Assembly (NCBI GenBank): GCA_027487945.1 | Contig: JAIYCQ010000037.1 | Coordinates: 3,347 to 67,346, forward strand | Direction: 5' to 3' | DNA from: Caulobacteraceae bacterium | Lineage (GTDB): Bacteria; Pseudomonadota; Alphaproteobacteria; Caulobacterales; Caulobacteraceae | DNA length: 64,000 bases | Part shown: one piece after another, positions 28,202 to 38,017 of the stretch | Layout: every line of letters begins with the position of its first letter | Position numbering within the stretch: position 1 is the first letter of the stretch | Notes under the pieces: model-generated | What the model was told of the DNA's origin: nothing | Database searches by the model: none | What the model saw: only the letters and a program-made list of their open reading frames with translations | Position numbers and translations under genes: made by a program

Positions 28202-30598
28202 ATGCAGGCATTCCAGCGGCTGTCCGTCGCGGGGAAGATGCTTACGGCCGCAGGTGTACTGGTCGGTTTTCTACTCCTGATCGCCGCGTTCGCGGTGTCA
28301 CAGCATACGCGCTCTGTCGCCAGGGCCTTGTCGGCTGACTATGCCTCGGCGCTCGGCGAGAGCGCCGCATCCAGTGTGGAAACCCGGCTGGGCGAAATCG
28401 CCGGCGGGGTCCGGACGCTGGCGGCGAACCTCGGGGCGGCTCACGAGACGGGGCTGCGCGACAGGGCCACGGCGGTGGCCATGGCCAAGCCGGCCGCGGC
28501 GCTTTCTCCGATCGTGCTGGACAGCTGGTTCATGATCTCGCCCGACGCCTGGGACGGCCAGGACGCCGCCATGGCCGGCGCGGGCGCGCCCGGCGCGAAC
28601 GAGGCCGGCAACCTTGCTCCCTTCTGGGTTCGTCGCCCAGACGGTTCGATCGTTTCGGAGCCGACCCAGTCCGCCGACTTCGCCGAGGACTACTTCAAGC
28701 GGTCGTTCGAGACCGGCAAGCCGGCGCTGCTGGAGCCCTATACCGACACGGTCGAGGGCAAGCCGGTTCTGATGACCTCGGTCACCTATCCCATCGTCTC
28801 CGGCGGGAAGGTGATCGGCGTCGCCGGCGTTGACGTGGCCCTGGATGATCTGGCCCGTATGCTGGGCGAGTTGAAGCCGTTCGGCGAAGGCACGGTGATG
28901 CTGGTCTCGCCCGGCGGAAACTGGGTCTCGCACCCTGATCCGGCGCTCCGGACCAAGGCCTATGCCGGCGCCGGCCTCGACGATCTCAAGGCCTTGCTGG
29001 CGGGCGGCCCCGCCCATGCCATCGATGATGTTCGCGACGGACAGGGACGCGATGTGCGGCGTCTGTTCACCCCGGCGGTGATTCCCGGGATTGAAGGGCG
29101 CTGGAGCCTCGTCACCGACATCCCCAACTCCGCGATCAACGGACCCGCCAACCGGCTGGCCTTCGCCCTGATGGTCGGCGGCGTAGCGATCCTCGGCCTG
29201 GTGCTGGCGGCGCTGTCGGCGATGACCAACATCTTCGTGCGGAGTCCGCTCGCGCGGATCACCGGAGCCGTCAACGCGCTCAGCGCCGGCCGCTATGAAG
29301 ACCCGATCCGCGGCACGCATCTGAAGGACGAGATCGGCGGCATCGCCCGGGCGCTCGAGGGCTTCCGCCACGATCTCGCCGAGACCGGCCGCCTGCGCAC
29401 CGACGAGGAGCGCGCGCGCGCCGAGGCCGACGCGGAGCGGGCCCGCAACGAGGCGATGCAGCGCCGCAACGTCGAGACGCAGGAGCATGTCATGTCCGCG
29501 GTCGGCGCCGGCCTCGAGCGGCTGGCCGGCGGCGATCTGACCGTCCGTCTGGCCGACGACCTGCCGGCCGAGTACCGCAAGCTCCGGGACGATTTCAACG
29601 CGGCCATCGCGCGCCTGCAGGACGCCATGGTGGTGATCGTCGGCAACGCGGCCGGCATCCGTTCGACCACCGACGAGATCAGCCAGGCGGCGGACGACCT
29701 GTCGCGCCGCACCGAGCACCAGGCCGCCAGCCTGGAGGAGACCGCCGCCGCGCTCGACGAGATCACCGCCACGGTCCGCAAATCGGCCGAGGGCGCGACC
29801 CAGGCCAAGGGCGCTGTCGACCGCACCCGCCAGGGCGCCGAGCAGAGCGGCCGGGTCGTCGACCAGGCCGTCGGCGCCATGCAGCAGATCGAACAGTCGT
29901 CCAGCGAGATCAGCCAGATCACCGGCGTGATCGACGAGATCGCCTTCCAGACCAACCTCCTCGCCCTCAACGCCGGCGTCGAGGCGGCGCGGGCGGGCGA
30001 GGCGGGCCGCGGCTTCGCGGTGGTCGCCTCCGAAGTGCGGGCCCTGGCCCAGCGTTCGGCCGAGGCGGCCAAGGAGATCAAGTCGTTGATCGCCTCCAGC
30101 TCCGAGCAGGTGGGGCAGGGCGTCAAGCTGGTCGGCCAGACCGGTGAAGCCCTGAAGCGGATCGTCAACGAGGTGGCCGAGATCAACGCCCTCGTCACCG
30201 AGATCGCCGCCTCCGCCCACGAACAGGCGACAGGTCTGGCGCAGGTCAACACCGCCGTGAACCAGATGGATCAGGTGACGCAGCAGAACGCGGCGATGGT
30301 CGAGCAGTCGACCGCCGCCAGCCACTCCCTGGCCCGTGAGGCCAGCGCCCTGTCCGCCCTCGTCAGCCGGTTCGAGATCGGCGAGGCGCGCGTCGCGGCG
30401 GCCGTGGCCAAGGCTGCGGTCAAGGCGCCGCCGCCGGCGCCGGTCAGGCCCCCCGCCCCGCGCGTCGAGGCTTCGGCCCCGCCGTCGCCCTCGCCGTCGG
30501 CGCCGAAGCCGCGCCCCGCGCCGCGTCCCCCGACCTACGCCGGCCGGGCCGCGTCTGCCGCCGCCCTCGCGCCCCAGGACGACTGGACCGAGTTCTAG
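28202..30598 (+). CDS. Methyl-accepting chemotaxis protein with a periplasmic Cache-like sensor, HAMP, and a C-terminal tether ending in a pentapeptide
   Basis: Two TM segments flank a periplasmic domain of about 300 aa. It has the conserved signalling hairpin [42 protein letters not shown] and ends in a Pro-rich tail ...DDWTEF. Confidence 0.92.
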   Translation: MQAFQRLSVAGKMLTAAGVLVGFLLLIAAFAVSQHTRSVARALSADYASALGESAASSVETRLGEIAGGVRTLAANLGAAHETGLRDRATAVAMAKPAAALSPIVLDSWFMISPDAWDGQDAAMAGAGAPGANEAGNLAPFWVRRPDGSIVSEPTQSADFAEDYFKRSFETGKPALLEPYTDTVEGKPVLMTSVTYPIVSGGKVIGVAGVDVALDDLARMLGELKPFGEGTVMLVSPGGNWVSHPDPALRTKAYAGAGLDDLKALLAGGPAHAIDDVRDGQGRDVRRLFTPAVIPGIEGRWSLVTDIPNSAINGPANRLAFALMVGGVAILGLVLAALSAMTNIFVRSPLARITGAVNALSAGRYEDPIRGTHLKDEIGGIARALEGFRHDLAETGRLRTDEERARAEADAERARNEAMQRRNVETQEHVMSAVGAGLERLAGGDLTVRLADDLPAEYRKLRDDFNAAIARLQDAMVVIVGNAAGIRSTTDEISQAADDLSRRTEHQAASLEETAAALDEITATVRKSAEGATQAKGAVDRTRQGAEQSGRVVDQAVGAMQQIEQSSSEISQITGVIDEIAFQTNLLALNAGVEAARAGEAGRGFAVVASEVRALAQRSAEAAKEIKSLIASSSEQVGQGVKLVGQTGEALKRIVNEVAEINALVTEIAASAHEQATGLAQVNTAVNQMDQVTQQNAAMVEQSTAASHSLAREASALSALVSRFEIGEARVAAAVAKAAVKAPPPAPVRPPAPRVEASAPPSPSPSAPKPRPAPRPPTYAGRAASAAALAPQDDWTEF

Positions 30599-30725
30599 AG
30601 GGGCCTCGACCCGGCTGCGAGACGGGGACGTTTCCCCGGCTTCAGCCGCGCGTTGAGAAGAGTTGCAAGCGGCATCGAACGGCGCCCCTATCGCGCCCCT
30701 GTCGTTGGTCGGGGAGTTGCGCGGG

Positions 30726-31127
30726 ATGGAAGTCGTCAATCTGGGCCATGCCTCCGCCCTGTGGGTGGGGCTCCATATCCTGCTGATGCTGGTGCTGTCG
30801 GCCCTGGTCACGCGCCAGCGCCAGAAGCACAAGATACCGTTCGGCGACGAAGGCGTGCCCGAGCTGGCCCGCGCCATCCGGGCCTTCGGCAACGCCAGCG
30901 AGTATGCGCCGATCGGGATGGCCGGCCTGATCGTGCTGGACGTGGCCGGGGCGGCTCCGCTGCTGGTCCATGTCGGCGGCTTCGTGCTTCTGGTCGGGCG
31001 GGTCGCCCACGCCGTGGGCATGTCGAACAGCGGCGACGCCTCGATCCCGCGCGCGGTCGGGATGACCCTGACCTGGGCCGCCTATGTCTATCTGATCGCC
31101 GCGACGCTGTTCTTCGCCATTATCTGA
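30726..31127 (+). CDS. MAPEG family membrane protein
   Basis: ORF of about 133 aa with 3-4 TM segments starting MEVVNLGHASALWVGLHILLM. Its size and topology fit MAPEG. The start was moved inward from 30663. Confidence 0.6.
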   Translation: MEVVNLGHASALWVGLHILLMLVLSALVTRQRQKHKIPFGDEGVPELARAIRAFGNASEYAPIGMAGLIVLDVAGAAPLLVHVGGFVLLVGRVAHAVGMSNSGDASIPRAVGMTLTWAAYVYLIAATLFFAII

Positions 31128-31167
31128 GCCGCTTGCGGCGGGCCGTCCCGGCGCCCATAACCGGTCC

Positions 31168-32499
31168 ATGGACGAACAGCAGTTGCATGAGGCGGTCGCC
31201 GCCGCGCTCAAGGCCGGGGCCGACGCGGCCGAGGCCGTCTTCGCCGAGCGCCAGTCGCTCTCCATCGGCGTGCGTGAAGGCGCTCTTGAGGAGGTCGAAC
31301 GCGAGGAATCGCGCGATCTGGGCCTGCGCGTCTTCGTCGGGCGGCGTCAGGCCACCGTCTCCGGATCCGACATCTCCGCCGAGGGGCGTCGCAAGCTGAC
31401 CGAGCGGGCCGTGGCCATGGCCCGCCTCGCGCCGGAAGATCCCTATGCCGGGCTCGCACCGCGCGAGCGCCTCGCCACGGGGCCCTTTCCGGACCTCGAC
31501 CTGTTCGATCCCGGCGAGCCCTCGCCTGAACAGCTGGAAGATCTGGCCCGCGAGGCGGAGGTCGCCGCACGGGCGATAGAGGGCGTGACCAACTCCGACG
31601 GCGGGTCGGCCTCCTGGTCGACCGGCTCCTGGGCCTTCGCGACGAGCGACGGCTTCCACGGTCTGCATCGGGCCTCTGCCTTTTCGCTGTCGGCCTCGGC
31701 GGTGGCCGGCCAGGGGTCGGGTATGGAACGGGGCGGGGACGGGCGCACCACCCGGCACGGCGCCGACCTGCCCGGCGCGAGCGACATCGGCGCCGAGGCC
31801 GGTCGCCGGGCCGTTCAGCGTCTGGGTGCGCGCAAGATCGACTCCACAACAGCGCCTGTGATCTTTGAGAACCGCCTGGCCACTTCGCTGATTGGTCCGC
31901 TCATCGGCGCCATCTCGGGTCCCTCGGTGGCCCGGGGCGTCAGCTTCCTGAAGGATCACCTCGGCAGGCGCCTGTTCGCTGAAAGCGTCACCATCACCGA
32001 TGACCCGCACCGCGTCAGGGGCCTCGGCTCGACTCCGTTCGACGACGAGGGCGTGGCCAACCGGGCCATGGCGCTGATCGACGAGGGCGTCCTGACCACC
32101 TGGCTGCTCAACACGGCCTCGGCCAGACAGCTCGGTCTGGAGACCACCGGCCACGCCTCCCGCGGACTGGCCGGCCCCCCGGGCGTCGGTACGTCCAACC
32201 TGACCGTCCAGCCCGGGGCCCGCGATCTCGCCGGCCTGATGGCCGATGCGAAAGACGGCCTGCTGATCACCTCCATGTTCGGCCCGTCGCTGAACGGTAA
32301 CACCGGCGACTGGTCCGTCGGTTGCTCGGGCTTCTGGTTCGAGAACGGCGAGGCCGCCTATCCGGTCACCGAAATCACGGTCGCCGGCAACCTGATCGAC
32401 ATCTACGGCCGCCTGGTCCCGGGATCGGATCTCGAGATCCGCGGCGCGGCCAATTCGCCCTCCCTGCTGGTCGACGGCCTGGCGATCGCCGGCCGATGA
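31168..32499 (+). CDS. pmbA: PmbA/TldE metalloprotease partner
   Basis: 443-aa TldD/PmbA-family ORF lacking HExxxH, with the typical C-terminal GDWSVGCSGFWFENGE sequence. Confidence 0.88.
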   Translation: MDEQQLHEAVAAALKAGADAAEAVFAERQSLSIGVREGALEEVEREESRDLGLRVFVGRRQATVSGSDISAEGRRKLTERAVAMARLAPEDPYAGLAPRERLATGPFPDLDLFDPGEPSPEQLEDLAREAEVAARAIEGVTNSDGGSASWSTGSWAFATSDGFHGLHRASAFSLSASAVAGQGSGMERGGDGRTTRHGADLPGASDIGAEAGRRAVQRLGARKIDSTTAPVIFENRLATSLIGPLIGAISGPSVARGVSFLKDHLGRRLFAESVTITDDPHRVRGLGSTPFDDEGVANRAMALIDEGVLTTWLLNTASARQLGLETTGHASRGLAGPPGVGTSNLTVQPGARDLAGLMADAKDGLLITSMFGPSLNGNTGDWSVGCSGFWFENGEAAYPVTEITVAGNLIDIYGRLVPGSDLEIRGAANSPSLLVDGLAIAGR

Positions 32500-33281
32500 G
32501 GGATGACCTGGCCCTCATCGAGCAGGCGGCGCGCGAAGTCGGCGTCCTCGCGCGTCGGCTGAAGGCCGAAGGGCTGAAGGTGTGGTCCAAGGACGGCGGA
32601 TCGCCGGTGACCAACGCCGATATCGCGGTGGACACCCTGCTGCGTGAGCGGCTTGGCGCGGCGCGGCCGGATTACGGCTGGCTGTCGGAGGAGACCGCCG
32701 ACGACTCCGATCGGCAGAGTCGGTCGCGGCTGTTCGTCGTCGACCCCATCGACGGGACGGTGGCCTTCGTGAAGGAGAAGCCGTTCTGGGCGGTGTCTAT
32801 CGCGGTGGTCGAGGACGGCCAGCCGGTGGTCGGCGTCGTCCATGCGCCGGAGCTGGATGAGACCTTCCTCGCCGTCGCCGGCGGCGGGGCCTTCCTGAAC
32901 GGCGCCCCGATCACGGCGAGCGGGGCCGACATGGTCGAGGGCTGCGCCATGCTGGGCGACAAGCCGATGTTCAGCCACCCGGCCTGGCCGACGCCCTGGC
33001 CCGACATGCGGATCGAGACCCGCAACTCCATCGCCTACCGCATGTGCCTGGTCGCCGAGGGACGTTTCGACGCCGCCATCGCCCTGACCAGCAAGAGCGA
33101 GTGGGATCTGGCCGCCGCCGACCTGATCTGCCGCGAGGCCGGAGCCCTGGTCACCGACCACAGGGGGCGGGGCTATCGCTACAACCAGCCGGACCCCAGC
33201 GCGCCGAGCCTGGTCTGCGCGGCGCCGGCGCTACACCCGTTGATCCTTGACCGCGTCCGGCATATCGAGCGACGCAACTGA
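32496..33281 (+). CDS. Inositol monophosphatase family protein (CysQ-like 3'(2'),5'-bisphosphate nucleotidase)
   Basis: Motifs WLSEE and VVDPIDGT. Its ATG overlaps the pmbA stop (ATGA). Confidence 0.8.
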   Translation: MRDDLALIEQAAREVGVLARRLKAEGLKVWSKDGGSPVTNADIAVDTLLRERLGAARPDYGWLSEETADDSDRQSRSRLFVVDPIDGTVAFVKEKPFWAVSIAVVEDGQPVVGVVHAPELDETFLAVAGGGAFLNGAPITASGADMVEGCAMLGDKPMFSHPAWPTPWPDMRIETRNSIAYRMCLVAEGRFDAAIALTSKSEWDLAAADLICREAGALVTDHRGRGYRYNQPDPSAPSLVCAAPALHPLILDRVRHIERRN

Positions 33282-33309
33282 CTCTCACCCTGCGGAAGGG
33301 CCACCGCAC

Positions 33310-33546
33310 ATGTCCGACAAGCAACTGCTCCACATCGTCATCGGCGGCGAGCTGACCGAGGTCAACGGGACCGAGTTCCGCGACCTGTCCAAGGTCGAAC
33401 TGGTGGGGGCCTTCCCCAACTATGCCGAGGCCTACGCGGCCTGGAAGTCCAAGGCGCAGGCGACGGTCGACAACGCCCACGCCCGCTACTTCATCATCCA
33501 CGCCCACAAGCTGCTGGACCCGTCGAGCGCGGACTATCAGCACTGA
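33310..33546 (+). CDS. DUF4170 domain protein
   Basis: 78-aa ORF, MSDKQLLHIVIGGELTEV...YFIIHAHKLL. This is the small conserved alphaproteobacterial family commonly found after cysQ-like genes. Confidence 0.65.
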   Translation: MSDKQLLHIVIGGELTEVNGTEFRDLSKVELVGAFPNYAEAYAAWKSKAQATVDNAHARYFIIHAHKLLDPSSADYQH

Positions 33547-33681
33547 CGACCGTCCCGTCCGGCGCCGGTTGTCCTGCGCCGTTCGACGGCCCGCGTGGCG
33601 GAGTGTTGTGATCCTGTCGCCCTACCATCGCGCGTCCGTCACAGAACCCCGGTAGGCGAGCCCTGTTGAGGGAGGCCGCCC

Positions 33682-33768
33682 ATGCTCGAGAACCTGATCG
33701 CCGTGTCGATGTTCGTGATCCTGGGCATCGCCGTCTTCACCATCGGCGGCCTCGACCAGTCCGCCTGA
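33682..33768 (+). CDS. Candidate 28-aa hydrophobic small protein (MLENLIAVSMFVILGIAVFTIGGLDQSA)
   Basis: ATG preceded by GGAGG with a 6-nt spacer. It encodes a single predicted TM helix, is intergenic, and falls below the ORF-track size cutoff. Confidence 0.45.
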   Translation: MLENLIAVSMFVILGIAVFTIGGLDQSA

Positions 33769-33775
33769 ACGCCCG

Positions 33776-34441
33776 CTATTCCCGGCGCAGCAGCCGGTCG
33801 ACCAGCAGCGTACCCCACCAGCTTTCCCGGAAGTCCGCCTTGATCCGCGCCGGGTCGTAGGCGTCGCTCATCACCCAGTCGATGAAGCTGATCCCCAGAG
33901 GCTCGGCCTCGGCCAGGTAGCGCTCGAACACGTAGTCCAGCACGCCGGTCTTCCCCTGCTTCACATGCAGGGTCCGCAGGCCCAGCTCCTTGACCGCGTC
34001 CCGGATCGGGTGGCCGAGATGGAAGTGCCTGTAGAAGACGCTCATGATCCCCGCCCGGTCCGCGCCGGACTTGCAGTGCATCAGGGCCGGATATTCGATG
34101 CGCTCGAACAGCGCCTTGGCGCCCAGCACCCGTTCGCGGCTCGGAACCTCCCGCGAGGTGATGACGAAGTCCTCGAAGTTCAGGCCCAGCCGTTCGCAGG
34201 CGTCCTTCTCCAGCGCATAGAAGCTCGCCCCGACCCCGCCGCGCAGATTGACGATGGTCCTGATGCCGTCGCGCTTCCAGTAGGCCAGCTGGTAGGGCCA
34301 GGGCTGGGCGGCGCGGACCATATCCGGGCCGATCCAGTGGGCGTTGGAAAACCCGACGCGCAGGAAGGCGTGGTCGCCCCAGATCGAGCCCCAGTAGGCC
34401 TTGAGGCGGCCCCACCGCGTGGAAAGGTCGTGGCCGGACAA
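33776..34441 (-). CDS. Tyrosine/dual-specificity phosphatase homologue (CX5R), CtpA-like
   Basis: P-loop HCKSGADRAG (C-X5-R). It is divergent from msbA across a 77-bp gap. Confidence 0.75.
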   Translation of the reverse strand: MSGHDLSTRWGRLKAYWGSIWGDHAFLRVGFSNAHWIGPDMVRAAQPWPYQLAYWKRDGIRTIVNLRGGVGASFYALEKDACERLGLNFEDFVITSREVPSRERVLGAKALFERIEYPALMHCKSGADRAGIMSVFYRHFHLGHPIRDAVKELGLRTLHVKQGKTGVLDYVFERYLAEAEPLGISFIDWVMSDAYDPARIKADFRESWWGTLLVDRLLRRE

Positions 34442-34518
34442 GTGGCGCTCCCTGAAAGAGCGTCCTAAGTAGGGCGCTACGCTTCCGCTCGCAAATCCGA
34501 AGGGCGATTCTTCACCTG

Positions 34519-36297
34519 ATGTCCGCGCCCGCCGACCTTTCCAGCCGCGCCCTGATCGCGCGGGTCTGGCGCGAATACCTCAAGCCGCGCTGGCCCGGGC
34601 TGGCCGTGGCGCTGCTCTGCGCGGGGCTGATCGCCGCGTTGAACACCAAACTGCTGCAGATGATCCAGCCGGCGTTCGACGACATCGTCACCAACCGCAA
34701 TCCCGGCGCGGTCATCGCCATCCCGCTGACCATCGTCGCCCTCGCCCTCGGCCGGGCCCTGCTGCAGATCGGGCAGTCGACCCTGATCAACCGCATCGGC
34801 AACGGCGTGGTCGGGGCCGTGCAGCTGCAGCTGTTCGGCCGCCTCATCCGCGCCGACCTCGCCCGGGTGCGCAGCGCCCACTCGGGATCGTGGGTGTCCT
34901 CGATGCTGTACGATGCGGGTCTGGTGCGGGAAGCCTCCACCAGCGGCATCGTCAACTACGTCCGTGAGTTCCTGATCGTTCTGGGCGCTGTCGTCACCAT
35001 GGCGCTGAGCGACCTGTGGCTGACCCTCGCCATCGTGCTGGTCGCGCCGCCGGCCAGCATGCTGATGCGCCGCTTCTCGCGCCGCGCCCAGAAGGCCACC
35101 ACGGGGGCCATGGGCGAGACCTCTGCCCTGGCCGAGGCCATTCTCGAAGCGCTGGACGGCATTCGGATCGTCAAGCTGGAGAACCGCGAAGCCTATGAGG
35201 AGGCGCGGGTCGCCGCCGTGGTCGCGCGCCGGCAGAAGCACCTGATCAAGGGCTCCAACGCCCGCTCCCGCGCCGCGCCGGTGACCGAGTTCATCAGCAT
35301 GACGGTAGTCGCCGCCGTCTTCGCCTATGCCGGCTGGCGGGCCCAGACAGGCGGCTTCAGCGCGGGACACCTGCTGGGCTTCATCCTGGCCCTGATGATG
35401 GCCGGCCAGTCGCTGCGCCAGCTGGCCAACCTGCAGACGGTATTCACCGAGGGGGCCACGGCGGCGCGACGGCTGTTCGCGGCGATGGACGTCGAGCCTG
35501 AAGTGGTCGAGCCGGCCGAGCCTGTCGCCCTGCCGGCCACCACGGCCGGGCACATCCGCCTCGACAGCGTCGCCTTCGCCTATGCGGGGGGCTCGGCGGC
35601 TCTGACCGGCGTCACGCTCGAGGCCCGGCGCGGCGAGATGGTCGCCCTGGTGGGGCCGTCCGGGGGCGGCAAGAGCACCGTCCTGTCCCTGATCCCCCGG
35701 TTCTATGACGCCAGCGCCGGCGCGGTGACCATCGACGGGGTTAACGTCCGTGACGTGGCCATCGCCGAGCTGCGCGAGCGGATCGCCCTGGTCACCCAGG
35801 AGCCCTTCCTGTTCGACGACACCATCCGCGCCAACATCGCCTACGCCCGGCCTGACGCCTCCCAGGCCGAGGTCGAGGAGGCCGCCCGTCGCGCCGCCGC
35901 CCATGACTTCATCACCGCCTTCCCGGACGGCTACGACACTCTGGTCGGCGAGGCCGCGTCCCGGTTGTCCGGCGGCCAGCGTCAGCGGATCGCCATTGCG
36001 CGCGCCTTCCTCAAGGACGCCTCGATCCTGCTGCTGGACGAGGCGACCAGCGCGCTGGACACCGAGAGCGAGGCCCAGGTCCAGGCGGCGCTGGAACGGC
36101 TTATGGCCGGCCGCACCACGATCGTCATCGCCCACCGGCTGTCGACCGTGAAGGACGCCGACCGCATCTACGTGATCGACCGGGGGCAGGTCGTGGAGAC
36201 CGGCGTCCACGCCGAGCTTGCCCGCCGTCAGGACGGCCTCTACGCCCGTCTCGCCAAGGCGCAGGACCTCGACGCCTCACCCGCCGGAGCCTCGTGA
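34519..36297 (+). CDS. msbA: Lipid A export ABC transporter MsbA-like (fused permease/ATPase)
   Basis: Six-TM domain, then GPSGGGKST, LSGGQRQRIAIARA and ILLLDEATSALD. The gene lies directly upstream of DUF374, kdtA and lpxK. Confidence 0.85.
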   Translation: MSAPADLSSRALIARVWREYLKPRWPGLAVALLCAGLIAALNTKLLQMIQPAFDDIVTNRNPGAVIAIPLTIVALALGRALLQIGQSTLINRIGNGVVGAVQLQLFGRLIRADLARVRSAHSGSWVSSMLYDAGLVREASTSGIVNYVREFLIVLGAVVTMALSDLWLTLAIVLVAPPASMLMRRFSRRAQKATTGAMGETSALAEAILEALDGIRIVKLENREAYEEARVAAVVARRQKHLIKGSNARSRAAPVTEFISMTVVAAVFAYAGWRAQTGGFSAGHLLGFILALMMAGQSLRQLANLQTVFTEGATAARRLFAAMDVEPEVVEPAEPVALPATTAGHIRLDSVAFAYAGGSAALTGVTLEARRGEMVALVGPSGGGKSTVLSLIPRFYDASAGAVTIDGVNVRDVAIAELRERIALVTQEPFLFDDTIRANIAYARPDASQAEVEEAARRAAAHDFITAFPDGYDTLVGEAASRLSGGQRQRIAIARAFLKDASILLLDEATSALDTESEAQVQAALERLMAGRTTIVIAHRLSTVKDADRIYVIDRGQVVETGVHAELARRQDGLYARLAKAQDLDASPAGAS

Positions 36298-36298
36298 T

Positions 36299-37000
36299 TT
36301 GAAGGCCTTTCTTCGTTCCGCCGGCGTCCAGAACGCCCTGGCTTCCGTCCTCTCGGTCTGGCTGCGCCTCTGCTACGCGACCATCCGCTGGGAGCGAGAG
36401 GGTGAGCAACATGCCCGGCAGGTCTGGGCGGGCGACACCGGCGCCATCCTCTGCCTGTGGCACTGCTTCGTCCCGGTCGGGCCGTTCAGCTGGCCGCAGG
36501 GGCCTGACCGACAGGACATGCGTGTCCTGATCTCGCGCTCCGCCGACGGGGAACTCATCGCCCTGACCATGCAGAAGATGGGCCTGCCCTCGATTCGCGG
36601 CTCCTCGAAGAAGGGCTCCGCGCCCGGCAAGAACAAGCACGGCGAGCAGGCCTTCCGGGACATGATCAAATGGGTCAGGGGCGGCGGCGGCATCGCCATC
36701 ACCCCGGATGGCCCGCGCGGGCCCGCCCTGGTGATGCAGCCCGGAGCCGTCACCCTGGCCAAGGTGACGGGCGCGCCGGTGCTTCTGCTGGGTCTGGCCT
36801 GCAAGCCGTGCTTGAGGGCGCGCAGCTGGGACCGCACCGTCGTGCCGCTGCCGTTCAGCCGCGGCGCCCTGGTCTGGGACGAGCCCGTCTACGCCGGCCG
36901 CGAAGACGACGTCGATGAGAAGGTCGCCGACTGGACCGCCCGCATGAACGCCATGACCCGGCGCGCCGAGGCGCTGCTGGACGCTCCGCGCGGCGAATGA
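36299..37000 (+). CDS. DUF374 (lysophospholipid-acyltransferase-like) protein
   Basis: Family-typical sequence ...ILCLWHCF...ISRSADGELIA...ITPDGPRGP. The probable TTG start is 2 nt after the msbA stop, so the start is uncertain. Confidence 0.7.
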   Translation: MKAFLRSAGVQNALASVLSVWLRLCYATIRWEREGEQHARQVWAGDTGAILCLWHCFVPVGPFSWPQGPDRQDMRVLISRSADGELIALTMQKMGLPSIRGSSKKGSAPGKNKHGEQAFRDMIKWVRGGGGIAITPDGPRGPALVMQPGAVTLAKVTGAPVLLLGLACKPCLRARSWDRTVVPLPFSRGALVWDEPVYAGREDDVDEKVADWTARMNAMTRRAEALLDAPRGE

Positions 37001-37011
37001 GACTCTGAGCC

Positions 37012-38013
37012 ATGGGCCACGATCATCACGATCATCACGATCACCACGATCACCACGACCACGGCCATCACGACCATGATCATTCGCATGGTCGTGGTCA
37101 TGGTCACAGTCACGGGCACGGCGGCCACAGCCATGCGCCGGTCGACTTCGGTCGCGCCTTCGCCCTCGGCGCCGGACTGAACATCGCCTTCGTGGCTGTT
37201 GAGGCGGCCGCCGGCCTGTGGACAGGCTCCCTGGCGCTGCTGGCCGACGCCGGGCACAACCTGTCCGACGTGCTCAGCCTGCTGTTGGCCTGGGCGGCGT
37301 CGGAGATGGCCAAGAAGGCCCCGACCCTGCGCCGGACCTACGGCTATCGGAAAGGCACCATTCTCGCCTCCCTGGCCAATGCCGGACTGCTGCTGCTGGC
37401 CGTCGGCGCCATCGTCTGGGAGGCGGTCCGCCGCTTCGGCTCGCCGGACCCGATCGAGCCCGGTCCGGTCATGGCCGTCGCCGCCATCGGCGTGGTCATC
37501 AATACCGCCACGGCGCTGATGTTCATGAAGGGGCACGGCGACCTGAACGTTCGTGGCGCCTTCCTCCACATGGCCGCCGACGCCGCCGTGTCGCTGGGCG
37601 TGGTCGCCGCCGCCCTGGTGATCTGGTTCACCGGCTGGCTCTGGATCGACCCGGCCATCAGCCTTGTGATCGCGCTGGTCATCGTCCTCGGCACCTGGGG
37701 CCTGCTGCGGGACTCGCTGGACATGGCGCTCGACGCCGCGCCCCGCGGGGTCGACACGGCGGCGGTCAAGGCCTGGTTGGCCGCGCGCCCCGGCGTGACC
37801 GAGGTCCACGACCTGCACATCTGGGCGATGAGCACCACCGAGACGGCGCTGACCGCCCACCTTGTCCGGCCGGACAACGCCGGTTGCGACGCCTTCCTGC
37901 GCGAGACCGCCGAGGGGCTGGCGGCCACCTTCCGCATCGGCCACCCGACCCTGCAGGTGGAGACCGGCCAGGGCGACCAGCCCTGCCGTCTCGCGCCCGC
38001 CGACGTGGTCTGA
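37012..38013 (+). CDS. Cation diffusion facilitator (CzcD/ZitB-like) metal exporter with a His-rich N-terminus
   Basis: CDF metal-site motifs HNLSDV and HMAADA in TM segments. By hand count, the N-terminal 41 residues contain about 21 His. Confidence 0.88.
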   Translation: MGHDHHDHHDHHDHHDHGHHDHDHSHGRGHGHSHGHGGHSHAPVDFGRAFALGAGLNIAFVAVEAAAGLWTGSLALLADAGHNLSDVLSLLLAWAASEMAKKAPTLRRTYGYRKGTILASLANAGLLLLAVGAIVWEAVRRFGSPDPIEPGPVMAVAAIGVVINTATALMFMKGHGDLNVRGAFLHMAADAAVSLGVVAAALVIWFTGWLWIDPAISLVIALVIVLGTWGLLRDSLDMALDAAPRGVDTAAVKAWLAARPGVTEVHDLHIWAMSTTETALTAHLVRPDNAGCDAFLRETAEGLAATFRIGHPTLQVETGQGDQPCRLAPADVV

Positions 38014-38017
38014 GCGC

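Noticed and set aside
417-32499. tldD and pmbA lie 29 kb apart rather than adjacent, which I considered as a possible sign of rearrangement.
   Set aside because: Unlinked tldD and pmbA are common in proteobacteria, and each sits in an ordinary housekeeping context here.
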